Source: Lama glama (taxonomy: Eukaryota). Taken from it: 64,000 nucleotides of DNA. Under the pieces are notes generated by a model that made no database searches, was not told where the DNA came from, and saw only the letters and a program-made list of their open reading frames with translations. Positions 1 through 12,025 of the stretch are shown in pieces; position 1 is the stretch's first letter, and each line of letters starts with the position of its first letter. The stretch is from the NCBI GenBank assembly GCA_028534125.1, contig CM052818.1:28398001-28462000 (forward strand), in the 5' to 3' direction. Position numbers and translations under genes: made by a program.

Positions 1-1129
1 GCTATTCAGTCCTGATAGCAAACAATGGTTCAAGAATACAGGGTTAAAAGAGAGAGATCATAAATTTAAGCTTGACACTATTTCAACTAGGAAATCAGTT
101 TCTCATCATAACACTCCTGCTTCTTTGGAATTTCATATTTTACATGAGGTCAGTGAGGTTTTTTCTGATGCCACAGCTTCACAGATTGTTTGATGATATG
201 AAACATTTATTTCTGCTTAGCTGAAGCATTAACACTTGCTTTCTTTCCTTCTTCCAACTCTTCTTATCTTGCTATCATTTCCCCTGCTTAGAACTCTGGA
301 TTAGAGAAAATAAAGATGGCATATTTGTGTAGTTCATCCTCTGGCCCATCTTCCCATAACATTTAGTAGAGTGTAGTAAGTTATAGGGATACTTCTGACT
401 TTGCTTAATTCCCATAGATGTCTTCAGTCTCTAGTGATCAAAGCAGAAGATAATTTGTGTGATCTTTCAGGAAACATCTGTTCTCTACTCCAGTGTTGGT
501 ATTAATCAAATCTGACTGTCCTCTTCAAATTGGACTAATTTATACTCTTTTGGGTCCATACTCTGTATTTTCTTGTAATTTGAAGTTTTTATAATTTCAT
601 GGTTCTATTAGAAATTTTATTGATTTCCTACATGGCTTGTCTTATATTTTTAACTATATTTTGATGTGGTGGCTTAAATCCACTAATTTTTACCTAAAAT
701 CCACCAAAACAGTCAGTTAACTGTCAAGTTAACTGTTGAATGCTTGAGACATTGCAGGAAGTTTAGATATAGTAGCTTTTCAATAAGTGGATATTAATTA
801 ATTAATCAAAAATCAGCAATTTGGCAATTCAGCAAACTTCTTAGAGTCACTGTATCCTAGTGATTCAGCTACACTGGCTCAGTCCCTTCTTCTTTCTTTT
901 GCACTCTAGGTATGATTTCCATTTATCAATCGGTGATATTAAGAACTTGGGAATGAATTCACATGGAATCAAGCTACACTCATTCAGCAAGAAGCAAATT
1001 CTGTTGAATATCATCACTCATAAATAAATAAAAAATCTTACTGATATTAGTACTGGGGTAATATCTTGATTATGTGTTTTTTATTTTTATTTTCAAAGTT
1101 CTCTTATACTTTTGATATTTGATTCACTA

Positions 1130-1250
1130 CAGCTCTAAGGCAGATAAGGATAGTGTAATTGTTGTCATTTAGAAACCGGGAAACAGAGTCAAGAAGTGTT
1201 TAAGTGACATATATAAGGTTATAGAACTAGTAGCCAAAATATTCATTTAG
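1130..1250. mobile_element. MIR SINE remnant
   Basis: Degenerate MIR core-like text 'ggaaacagagtcaagaagtgttaagtgacatatataaggttatagaactag'. Confidence 0.55.
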
Positions 1251-1424
1251 TATATTCTTTTGGGGAATAATTAATAACCAGTTATAAGTAGAAATGGCTT
1301 TTCTTTGTATTTTTCTCCCAACCATCTAATAGTTACTAGAGAAATAATGAAATGTAGAAGTAATTACAAAAATACTATGGAAATACTCACTATTTGAAAT
1401 TACAGCAATATACTGTTCTTTAAA

Positions 1425-1672
1425 ATTGTTTTCTGAAGTGTAGTTGATTTATAATGTTAGTTTCAGCTGTACAGCAAAGTGATTCAGTTATACATATACA
1501 CATATATATTTTTTCTTTTCAGATTCTTTTCCATTATATGTTATTATGAGAAATTTAATATAATTCCCTGTGCTGTACAGTATGTCCTTGTTGTTTATCT
1601 ATTTTATATATAGTAATGTGTGTCTGTTAATCCTCAACCCCTTATTTATCCTTCCCAGCCTTTTCTCCTTTG
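1425..1672 (-). mobile_element. L1 3' end, cetartiodactyl-type, 5'-truncated
   Basis: 'gaagtgtagttgatttataatgttagtttcagctgtacagcaaagtgattcagttatacat...ccctgtgctgtacagta' is the antisense L1 3' UTR typical of artiodactyls. Confidence 0.85.
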
Positions 1673-2689
1673 AGTAATACATTCTTCAAAAAAAAAAATC
1701 AGATGTCATCTGTGGAGACTACTTGATAAAACTGTATCTAGACAACTTTAGTATTAATATTCAAGGAATCATATTATGTATTATCATGTACAGAGAAAAG
1801 ATATATGGTCAAAATTCAATAAATAATTATATAAAAGACAAGTAATTCAGTTAAAGAATTGATATAGATGATTAAATCTTCCAATATTTTATATAAAATA
1901 GCTTATTCTACAATTTTATATGTCACTAACAAAATTACATATTGTTTCTCTAAGGAACATTTTTATACTTTACCTACTTTGTTGATTTGTTGCTATGCTC
2001 TGTCTTTTGGAGATGGTAGAAGTAACCTGATTAACTTCAACAATTGCTAACAGCTTTGTTAGCTTTTAGAGTAATTAGCTACTCTAATTGCAAAACAAAC
2101 TTTTCATCTTACCTTTGATATGATCTTGTTTCTCATCAGTAGGGAGAAATATGCATGAAAAGATATTACTCATGTAAATGCTTCCAAATTATTGCAAGAT
2201 AAAAACAGACCACTGAATCATTATTGAGCTCATTAGGAGTAAGATGCTATGTAAGTACAAAATATTATCATTTTGTCTGACAAATACCATTAGTTCATTA
2301 TGAAGTATAGTATTCAATTATCTACAACATGCAACAGAAATGAGATGCTTTGTTAGGTCCTGCTAAAGTGTTATTCTGAAATTGCTTTTTAAATTTATCT
2401 GGCACTATACTTTTGTTATTAAAGAATGAATGAGCTTCATTTAATTCAGAAAACTCAGTGTTTCCTTTCAGGATAAGCTAACTGAAATAGCAGCTTCCTT
2501 TAACACAACTTTTGTAGCTCTGTAAGGATTGCAATCACGATACAAGTTAGGAATCATGGTATGTTTTACATGAAAAATGTTATTATTAATAAGTGGACTA
2601 TGAAAAATTAAGGCTATATGGATGCATATTGTAATTGCTAAGGAAAATCATTATTTTTAAAATGAGGAAAAAACCCATAGCTAAAAAAA

Positions 2690-3735
2690 CAAAAAAAAAA
2701 ACAGAATTCAAAAAAATCAAATAATGAAAAAGAAAAAGAGGCAGGATGTAAGGAACAGAAAGCAGACTGAGTTGAAAAAATAAATCATAGACTTAAACCA
2801 AAATGTATTAATGACTACATTAAATGTTAATGGACAAAACTCACCAATTAAAAGGAAGAGGTGTCAGAATAGATTACTTGAAAAAAGAAGAATATATAGG
2901 CTGTTCAAAAATGCATGTGTGTTGAGGATAAACTGACAGAAAATATGCTAAGCAAATATTAAACAAAAGAAGAATGAAGCAGTTATACTAATACCATTCA
3001 TGAATATAGATTTTTTAAAATCCTTATGAAATTATTAGCAAATTAAATTCAATGATCTATGAAAAAAATAGCACATCATAACTAATGGAATTTTTCCCAG
3101 AAATGCAAGAATGGTTTAGTGTTCAAAAATCAATACATATAATTAAAAATTCAACAGCTTTCATGGTAAAAACTACCATTAAACAAGGAATAGAAGTGGA
3201 CATTCACAACCTAATTAAGGGTAGATGCATAAAGCCTACAGCATGTTTAATCCTGAAATCCTCTATGCTTTCTATCTATGATCAGAAACAAACAAGGGTA
3301 ACCCTCGTCTCCACTTTTATTTAACATCATACTAAATGCTCTAACAAATCTAATAAGGAAACAAAAAGATGTAAAAGGCATACTACTGATAAAAAAATAG
3401 TAAAAACTCTTATTTATGGATAAATAATCATGCATGTGTAGAAGAGATTCAAAAAAAGTTTTTAGAATTAATAAATGTTTTTAGGTTTTGGAATGTAACA
3501 CCAACATACAGAAACCATTTACATAACTTTGTACTGAGAACAATTAGAAAATTTAAATTAAGTTTCACAGTAACATAAAAAAAATACTTACAAATTTAGT
3601 AAAAGAGAACCAGGAGTTGAGAGTTGAAACTAAAACAAAGAAATGAGATGATGCTCCATTGTCATCTATTGGAAGACTTGCGGTTATTAAGATTAAAATA
3701 CTCCTCAAACTGACATAGATCCAATTCACTCTAAA
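2690..3735 (+). mobile_element. Old, internally deleted L1 (L1M) ORF2 remnant
   Basis: ORF2 start-like 'cattaaatgttaatggacaaaactcaccaattaaaagg' (LNVNGxNSPIK); RT-like 'FFPEMQEWF' and 'KQGYPRLH'; many stops and frameshifts. Confidence 0.85.
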
Positions 3736-4159
3736 CCTTGGGACATAAAGAGAGCCCATTCTTGAGACCATCTCAGACACCCTCCCAACCATCCACATGT
3801 AGAGATGGAGCTGCCCTACAGTAAAACCGAGACTTGAGGGTAGCAGCATCTCTGATGTCCTCTAAAGTACTGATAAAAGGCTCTGAAAGAAGTAACAACC
3901 TTTGGATTCCTTGGCTAATCCTCACTTGAGCATCCATAAGTAGTTGTAAGAAATGTTATGTAAGTCGTGTTATAAGAAATGTTTGAATAGCCCTTTCTAA
4001 TTTACAAATTATATACACAGGTATTATTTTATTTGATAGTACATATGCCACATGTCATGATTCTTCTATTCTGAATATTCTCCCTGGAATACTGCAAAGA
4101 TGTATGCACATGGCAGGAGAATATGAAACTGTAAGAATTGTCAAGACAAATATTTTTTT

Positions 4160-4930
4160 AATTTATTATTTCAGCAATAGGAGCTGTGCTAGGAATAGTG
4201 ATGGGCAAAACCTGACTTCTTCTTTCTTCTCAAGGAGGTCATAGTCTTGTTAGAGAAACCAACATAATTCAAATAACACTAAAACACATGTAATTACTGA
4301 TTAAAAAATATTTCTGAAGGAGTTGATATAATCAGAATAGTAAAAGGAGTGGTCTCTGGGAAAATAAAACTCCATATGAGATTTAAGATGATTAGTACTC
4401 ACTCAGACAAAGAGGAAAGGGAAGCATAATCTGGCCAGAGAGAACATGTGCAACAGCCTTTTGGCATACATGATCAGCATAGTATTGTGACTCTGACAGA
4501 AGGTCACAGTAGTTAAAGTATGGTAAAGCAGAGGAGCATAAGTAAAAATGAGAATTAACTTGGTAACAATTCACACAAGAATTTGAAGTATATATTAATT
4601 TCTTTTCCTTTATCCTGGCATGCTGGTGAATCACTTAAGATTTTAAACATGGGAAGCATTTGACTTGGGTTGTGTTTCAGAAAAAAAAATCAATTCTGGG
4701 TGGGTTATAGAGAAGGAAATTGATGGGAAGAGAAGCAGAGAGAGGTACAGACCTATAAGAGAATTGCATTAAACCAGTACTATTTGAGCAGTAGTACTGG
4801 AATGGAGAGAACAGATAGTTAAGAGATAGTCAGAAGTGGTTAAGCCAACAGATAGCTAGAAAATGCTTTTAGAAAACAAAACTAATGAGAATCAATGTAG
4901 GTTGGATTTGAGAGATGTGAGAGAGAGAAG
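4160..4930 (-). mobile_element. L2 LINE remnant
   Basis: Purine-rich degenerate L2-like text ('tgtgctaggaatagtgatgggcaaaac...tcaaggaggtcatagtcttg', 'catgtgcaacagcc'). Confidence 0.55.
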
Positions 4931-5324
4931 AAATGATCAAAGGCTCTACATTGAGATGAAGGAAGGTTTCTCAAAATAATCATTAATCATTCAACAGAGA
5001 TAACAGGATAGTTTCACTGAGTGATATAACCTCAACAGCATCAGAATACCAACCATTTTTCCTAAGCAAAATTCAAAATAAGGATCACTTCATTATTTGC
5101 ATCCTGTACCACCCTGTTCTATTGTGTTGATTCCTGAAAGGTGAATATCAGAGTTCAAAAGCACTAAACTTATTTCCTAGCAGTGAAAGATACACTTTTC
5201 CTCAGTAGAAAGTCAGTTTAATGAAGACAAATAATTCTTCTGTCTTGTTTGTGTACTTATATTCAACATCTAAACCAGAGCCTGGCCTATAGAAAGTACT
5301 CAATAAACATCTGCTGAAAGATTT

Positions 5325-5625
5325 ATTTCTGGGCTCTCCATTCTGTTCTATTGGTCTATATATCTGTCTTTATGTCAGTACCATAATGTTTTGATTATTA
5401 TATTTTAATCCTTGTAACATATTTTAATATTGGGAAGTATAATGCCCCTAGCTTTGTTCTTTTTTTTCAAGATTAATTTGTTTATTCATGATCTTTTTCT
5501 GAATTTCAGAATTTCTGATAGGGATTATATTGAATCTGTAGATCACTTTGCTTAGCATGAACATTTAACAATCTTACATCTTTCAATTCATGATCACTGG
5601 ATGTCTTTCCAATTTGATTTCCTTG
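5325..5625 (-). mobile_element. L1 ORF2 fragment
   Basis: 'ttatttctgggctctccattctgttctattggtctatatatctgtctttatgtcagtacca...gggattatattgaatctgtagatcactttg' is antisense L1 ORF2. Confidence 0.85.
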
Positions 5626-5634
5626 TTCATTTAT

Positions 5635-5906
5635 TGATGATCAGCACATAGCCCTCAGACCAGTTGAAACCAGAAGGTTGATGATGTTGACTCCTGAAAT
5701 ACTACCTGGTTAACTTGCCACAAATCAATCAAAAGAATGTCCACAAGCTGTTCTCCTGAATTAAGATGGTCCTTTAGGACATTAGTCTGCCATCTTCTTG
5801 GTTTGCTGGCTTTCTGAATAAAATCATTTTTCTTTGCCCCAACATCTTTTCTCTTAACTTATGGCCTTGCCATGCAGCAAGTGGTATGAGCTTCGGCTTG
5901 GTTACA
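5635..5906 (+). mobile_element. ERV LTR, 3' part
   Basis: LTR-like text with AATAAA (~5817) and terminal '...ggttaca'. Confidence 0.65.
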
Positions 5907-6249
5907 ATATTTATTGTTGGAGTAAGGAGTAGGAGGGTGTTTGGGCTAAGGAATGACTGGTGAAAGGGTAAATAGAAGTTTCAAGAGTCCTCTGCATGAG
6001 CCTGACTGTCTTTCTTGTATCTTCATGAGCAGCATGTGTAAATTCAAGGAGTTCTGTGTGTTATATGCAGTGGATTTTTGGCCTGTGATGTCCAAAGTTC
6101 ATTGGGTCAGTCATTCTAGTCTCTCAATGCACCTGTGCAATATTTAGTCAAAGAGTGGCTGTCAGCAAGCTGTTTCCTGATAGTTTTCCTACTGTTCTAC
6201 AAGATACTCTCAGTTAATCTTCTCTTAGTGTTTGTGGACATAGTTTCAC

Positions 6250-6663
6250 TCAAACAACCCACATGTCTATCAATAGATAAATGAATAAATAAAATGTGGC
6301 AATACATCCAGTGGAATAGTATTCAGCCCTAAAAACATGGACTTTTTCAATATGTGACAAGAATGGAGTTTGACGGCATTACCTTAAGTTATCTACTAGT
6401 CATAAAAAGACAAATACTACATGATTTCACTTATATGAGGTAATTAAAATGTCAAATTCATAGAATCAAAGACTGGAACGAAGGTTGCCAGGGCTGAGGG
6501 AAGAAGAAATGAGGAGTTACTAATCAACAGGCACCAAGTTTCCATTAAGCGAGATGAGTAAGTTCTAGAGATCTGTACCTATTCAAAAATAACTGTATTG
6601 GACACTTAAAATTTTTTAAGAGGATCATTCTTATGTTAATTGCTTTTACCACAATTAAAAAAA
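6250..6663 (+). mobile_element. L1M (L1MA/MB-like) 3' end
   Basis: 'aaacaacccacatgtctatcaatagataaatgaataaataaaatgtgg...aaaaagacaaatactacatgatttcacttatatgagg', ending in an A-run. Confidence 0.85.
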
Positions 6664-8487
6664 GACATTCATCTAGTAGCAGCATGGACTTTAGAAACTA
6701 AAACCCTGTTCTTATGCTGGTCAGAAGTTAAGTTTTCTTTCCTTGACTCAAAAATATAAGCCAAGATTTCATCGACAGTATGAAAGGAAATGGCAATGTG
6801 CCTTGTTTATGCAATGTAGATTTTATAATTTATGTCTTAAGCAAAATGGATTTCACAAGAATAAGATTACCTGGAAAATGAACAAATAAAGAAATGTTGA
6901 ATACCTTGGGTTGACTGATGATGAAAGGACCAACATATTGAGGACTGATTAGTCCTTAAGATGATATTGCCTCGGCTAAGCTCAGGGTCTGATTACACTT
7001 TCTACACTCTTTTCTGTCATGTTGGTGTATATACATTATCAGCTTCTCAGTCAACCCACTGAAGTGGTTCTGGTACACAGCAGCACAATTATTTTTCTAA
7101 GTGATTTCATTAATTTATTTTGACAAAGAACGACTTTTTAACTCAAATGCAAGTCTTGGTTTCTGAAATCTTCACATCAAAGTAAAAAATGGAAAAGGGA
7201 GAGAAATAACCTTCCCATAAAGAAAGAATAAAGAACAGTTCACATTCATTTTCCCAAAAGCCATATGCTCTGTGGATTTGATCTGCAATCTGGAGCTGAG
7301 GGCTCCAATGGCCCCTGCTGGGTAAAACATCCATTAAGGATAGATATTTGTTGGTGTGCAACTTTGGAATGCAGACATTTGGCACTCACAGATCATAGTC
7401 TAAAATAACAGTGAATGTATTTTAGCAGGGAAAAAAGAAATACTTTGGCAACTTTTCAGCATTATGCAAAAAGTAGTTCCAGCATTTGGAATTATGTTAT
7501 CCTTAAGAAGAGTCCAGGTGATTTTGCCCCTTCTGTGCCCTTCTCTCACTTAGACTTCTTTTGTTATAAGAATGCTTTCATTTTGTGATTACGTATGCAT
7601 AGAAAGAGGCTAGAAAATTAATTGAGCCTATAAAATGAAAAATAACCTGCTGTGTAATCATTTCACACTCAAGACCTCCTATTACCTGAATTCTACCTCT
7701 AGACATATATACATAATTTTTACATGTTAGGTTTAAAGAAATTTTTGTAACACTTAATTTCTGCACTCAGCAAACTTGACTGTATGTGTCAAAACTACTA
7801 TGAGTTTTTTGGAGGGGTGGTGGTAGATGAGAACTCCTTCACATCATAAAGAATACTCATGGAAGATCAAAATGCATTAAAGTCTTACTCTTTTTTTGAT
7901 TAAAGCTGTTACAATTATATGAATATATATATTATTGAAAATTGTTGGTTATACCATGGAGTACCTATCATGGTCAACTGGTTCTCAAGGTGTGGCCCCT
8001 TTCAAAAATTTATTGAGTGTTTATTATTTCTATAGTATCACATTCTCTACTATAAATTTATGGTTTTTCCCTGGTGGGTGTTAGGGTGAATTATTCACTG
8101 GGTTTAGATATTCTAAAATTTATTTATTCAGGTATGTCTTATAATGAAAAGTACAAATTTTAAGTAAATCTAATTTTTCCATACATATTCACCTATATAA
8201 TAACTATGCAGATCAAAATTTAGAACTGAGGGGACAGGTTTCTTTCTGCCCCCTCTCAGACAGTAGCCTCAAAGTACACACTATCTAATCAAAGATAATG
8301 TTTTTAAATATCAAGTTTATTTATGATAAAATTAGATTTATTTATGTGCATCAGATTCCTTGATGAAAAACTGTGTACTAGGTATGTTAATCAGTAATTG
8401 ACACTTATAGATGCAATTTGTGCTTTTTTTTTATTGTTAATTCATCTACTGTTTGTTCAGAAAGTTATACATAAAGTAGTAAAGCCG

Positions 8488-9120
8488 AGGGAAGTGGCTA
8501 AGACAGTGGAGTAAGAACACCCCGAGCTCACCTCTTCCCACAGACACACACACATTACAGCTATTTACAGAGCAGCTATCAACATGAATAACTTGCAGAC
8601 TAGCAGAAAAGATTTTCCACAACTAAAGGTATAAAGAAGAGATGTGTATGAGGGGCAGAGAGGCAGCATTATCAAGACTCACAGTCCTGGGGAGGCAATC
8701 CCAAGGTGGAGGATGATTACAGCTGTAGAGGTTCTCCCCAAGGAACAAGAAGTCTGTGGCCCCACAATAGGCCTCACAGCTCAGGAGTCCTCCACTGGGA
8801 AGATGAGTTCCCAGAACAGCTGGCTTTGGAGTCCAGCAGTGCTTGTGTGTGCGCGAGAGCCAGAGGGCTGCAAGAAACAAGAAATTCTACTCCTAATGCG
8901 TGTGTGCAAGATCTCACATGCTACGAGACCCAGCACAGAAAGAAGACTGGTTGAGACTCACTTGCTGATATTACAAAGCCTCCCAGGAGACAGGAGTCAA
9001 CTGGGACTCTACTTGGGGACACAGAAGCTGGTGGCAGCTGTTTCAGGGGAGCTTCTTCTATCACAACGACACTGGCACTAGCAAGTGCCAGTCAGGATTC
9101 CTCCCATTAGTTTATTAGAC
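8488..9120 (+). mobile_element. Isolated L1 5' UTR fragment (laurasiatherian type)
   Basis: 'aagacagtggagtaagaacaccccgagctcacctcttcccac...agactagcagaaaagattttccacaactaaaggtataaagaaga' resembles L1 5' ends; GC higher than flanks; no ORF1 follows. Confidence 0.65.
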
Positions 9121-9499
9121 TATGGGGACAGTTTGCTCCTTGTCCTTTATTTTCCCTTGCTGTAGGGCACTGTCAAAGGCTTGAGGTATGCAGTAGACCA
9201 AAGAGAGGAGAAAAAGGATCTACTTATATCAATCTGCATCTGATTATATCAGTGTGAGAAGAAGGGAGGAAAAAATTTCTTATAAATCATGTTTGAAAAT
9301 ATGATAATGAATGAGTTCTCCAAATGGAGGAACAGAGAAAAAAATTATGAGACTAAGAACTTTCTTAGTGAAGAAACTCTCTACTTGAATAATACACATA
9401 ACTGAGTGTATTAGAAAATAAACAGGATAAGAAAGTTTGGAAATGTAAGAAAATTACTGGGAATACAATGTATAGAATAAAAATGACAAGAATAATATA

Positions 9500-9800
9500 T
9501 TGTACACTTACTATTTGCAGGGCACTCTTCTAGAACTTTACACAAATTCAATTATCTAGACAAGAGGAGGCATTACTATTCTACCTTTATAGGTGAGAAA
9601 AAATTAAGCTCAGGAAGAGTAAATGATATGGCAGAAATTACGTAGCTGGGAAGTTATAGAACCAGGATGTGAACCTTGCTTAAACTTACCATGCTCTGTA
9701 CCATTTTCTGCAAAATGGAGACAGCAGTATTTAGCACATACAGTAGGTGCAATGATCTAAAAGGGTTTTGCAAAGGAAAATACTTGGTACAGCTTCTAGA
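9500..9800. mobile_element. MIR remnants
   Basis: 'cctttataggtgagaaaaaattaagctcaggaagagtaaatg' and 'tctgcaaaatggag' MIR-like cores. Confidence 0.55.
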
Positions 9801-10022
9801 TCCTAAAATAACGAAAGTTTCTGTTTGTCCCTAAGGAGCCAAGGAGCATCATGAGGGTAGTGAAAGCCTGAGAAGCAGAGGGAGGAAAGGAAGATGACAA
9901 AAAGAAGCTTGGGGTTAGGGAGAGGCTCAATCTAATTAGAACTTGTAGAAGCGGAGGGAGCTAGGTCAGAACTGGATTTCTGGTTCCTGTGCCCCATCCT
10001 CCAATTGGTCTAAGATAACTAA

Positions 10023-10033
10023 ATATGTGTGTG

Positions 10034-10067
<34 letters not shown>

Positions 10068-10095
10068 CACACATATGTGTGTGTGTGTATGTGTA
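10023..10095. repeat. Compound (TG)n-(TA)n-(CA)n-(TG)n microsatellite, self-complementary
   Basis: Direct reading. Confidence 0.95.
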
Positions 10096-10639
10096 TAGAT
10101 GTGATATACATTTTACAAAAGCATGAACCAATTATAGCCTGATGAAATTCTAAAACATTGTTTTTTTTAAAAAAGCCCTTTGCCTTCTACATGTGTACAT
10201 TACATTCTAACAAAGTCAGCAACCTCCCTCTTGAAAACACAGCACTCAAAAGAACTGTTCCCTCTATCTGCTCTCTTAAGGCAAACTATACACAGGTTAA
10301 AAAGTAGAAATCATTAGCCCTCAAGGAAACATGGCTGTAGGCAGCTCTTTTTCTGTATATCATTCTTCTGACTTATCTGATCTGTAATATAGTTCTCTGG
10401 GCAAAGTTTATAGCAAAACTAGAGAATTAATTTCTTCTGGGGTTTCAGATGCCTTGTACATCCAATTCCCCTTCTTAGTGGAAACAATCTATAACAGGTC
10501 AAGTGCTTTTCCAAATCAGTGGAGACAGGAGGTCAAGACAATGTTTGGAAACAATGGCATCATACCTGCACTTAAAATCCAAAAGCTTATGTGAAATTGC
10601 ACATAAACTGGTTACACAGGAAGCTTTTATATCTCCCTG

Positions 10640-11030
10640 TTTCACTGCCTACCCCCCCACCCCCACCATTATTCCACTCACAAATTGCTGAATCCTGAAG
10701 AAATGTTTCCAGTTTCTCAGAGGAAGTGTGTGGCTTCCTTAGTTCTGTTTGCCGGGAATCCATTTCCCATTCAGAATCTGCTCAACAATAGTCCCTTAAC
10801 TACTACTGTCCCTCTTCCTGCATTATTTTTCCGCAGAGCACTTACAATTATCTTGCATACTATGTATTACCTCTTGCTTGTATTTACTGTCTCCCCTGGT
10901 AGAATGTAAGCTGTGCAAAAATCATGACTGTTTTGTCTTCTTTTTTTGGTTACTGTTCTTTGATATCCAGCACCTGGAAAAGGACCAGATGCTTAATAGG
11001 TACTGAAAAGCACTGATGAATGAATGACTA
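10640..11030 (+). mobile_element. L2 3' end
   Basis: 'ctgtctcccctggtagaatgtaagctg...cagcacctggaaaagg...gcttaataggtactg...gaatgaatga' matches the L2 terminus. Confidence 0.7.
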
Positions 11031-11819
11031 GTTAAATGCATATATGAAGGGATTTTCCCATCTACTTAGTGTGAGGAACTAGCAGCTTATATCAGAACAT
11101 TTCTTCTTATTCTTTTCAGTTTGTTGTACTTATTTAGGTTTAATGCGACTGTAAAGAAATTCATATGGATCTCACTTTACGAATGGATTCAGCCATTCAT
11201 TTGGTAAACACTTACTGAGCATCACTGGGCAACAAGCATTCTCTCTCAAATGGCTCTTTTGCTGTCTTCATAAAAGGCTGAGTAAGGAACAACTCCAAGT
11301 ATTACAGAAAAATAGTCTCCTCTAGTTAAGATTCCAATGTCTAGACTGGGAAATCCAGCTAATTAGCATTCCTAGAGGATGTCATTTTGACAAGGATTGT
11401 TTCTTAGGATGTTACATGAGGTACCAGTCTACTCGGTGAGAATCTGTTCAGTCAGTAGCATGGCCATCTGGCCAATTAGAGCCACTGGTTATAAGCATAT
11501 CATTAGGCAGTTTTCTGTACCTTTCTTTAAGAGACATCTGGAGGATATCTATTGCCGTTTCTTAGTCTATTCTTTCCTTCTGTCCTGCTCCCTGGAATGT
11601 AATGCCACCTGGACCATGAGGACAATGCTCTATATCGGGAGATGATAGAAAGGTGAACTTGGATCTCTGAGAATGATGTGAGCACATTCTCCATCCTACT
11701 TCGGAACTACGTGATACAAGATTTTTACAGAAAAGGGAAATAAAACTATATCTTGCCTAAAATTTTATTACTTGGGGATTTTGTAATATCCATGAATAAA
11801 ATTACCCTTAACAAATACA

Positions 11820-12025
11820 AATTTAAATCCAAGCTCTGCCACTTATTAATTTTATGAATATGCACCTAAATTTAGCACACGGTCCTTAGATTTCTCATCT
11901 TTAAACTAAAGATAGAATATGGAATATACAAGTTTATTGTAAGGATTCAATAAGATAATTAATAAAAATAAATTAGCCCTATGCCTAATGCAAAATAAGT
12001 GTTAAATAAATGGTAGTTGTCATTT
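11820..12025. mobile_element. MIR remnant
   Basis: 'aaatccaagctctgccacttatt...tttctcatctttaaa...attgtaaggattcaataagataat'. Confidence 0.65.

Noticed and set aside
2107..2173. Minus-strand ATG...AAG|GTAAGA mini-exon (MSNIFSCIFLPTDEKQDHIK)
   Set aside because: A single consensus donor with no promoter evidence or recognisable peptide
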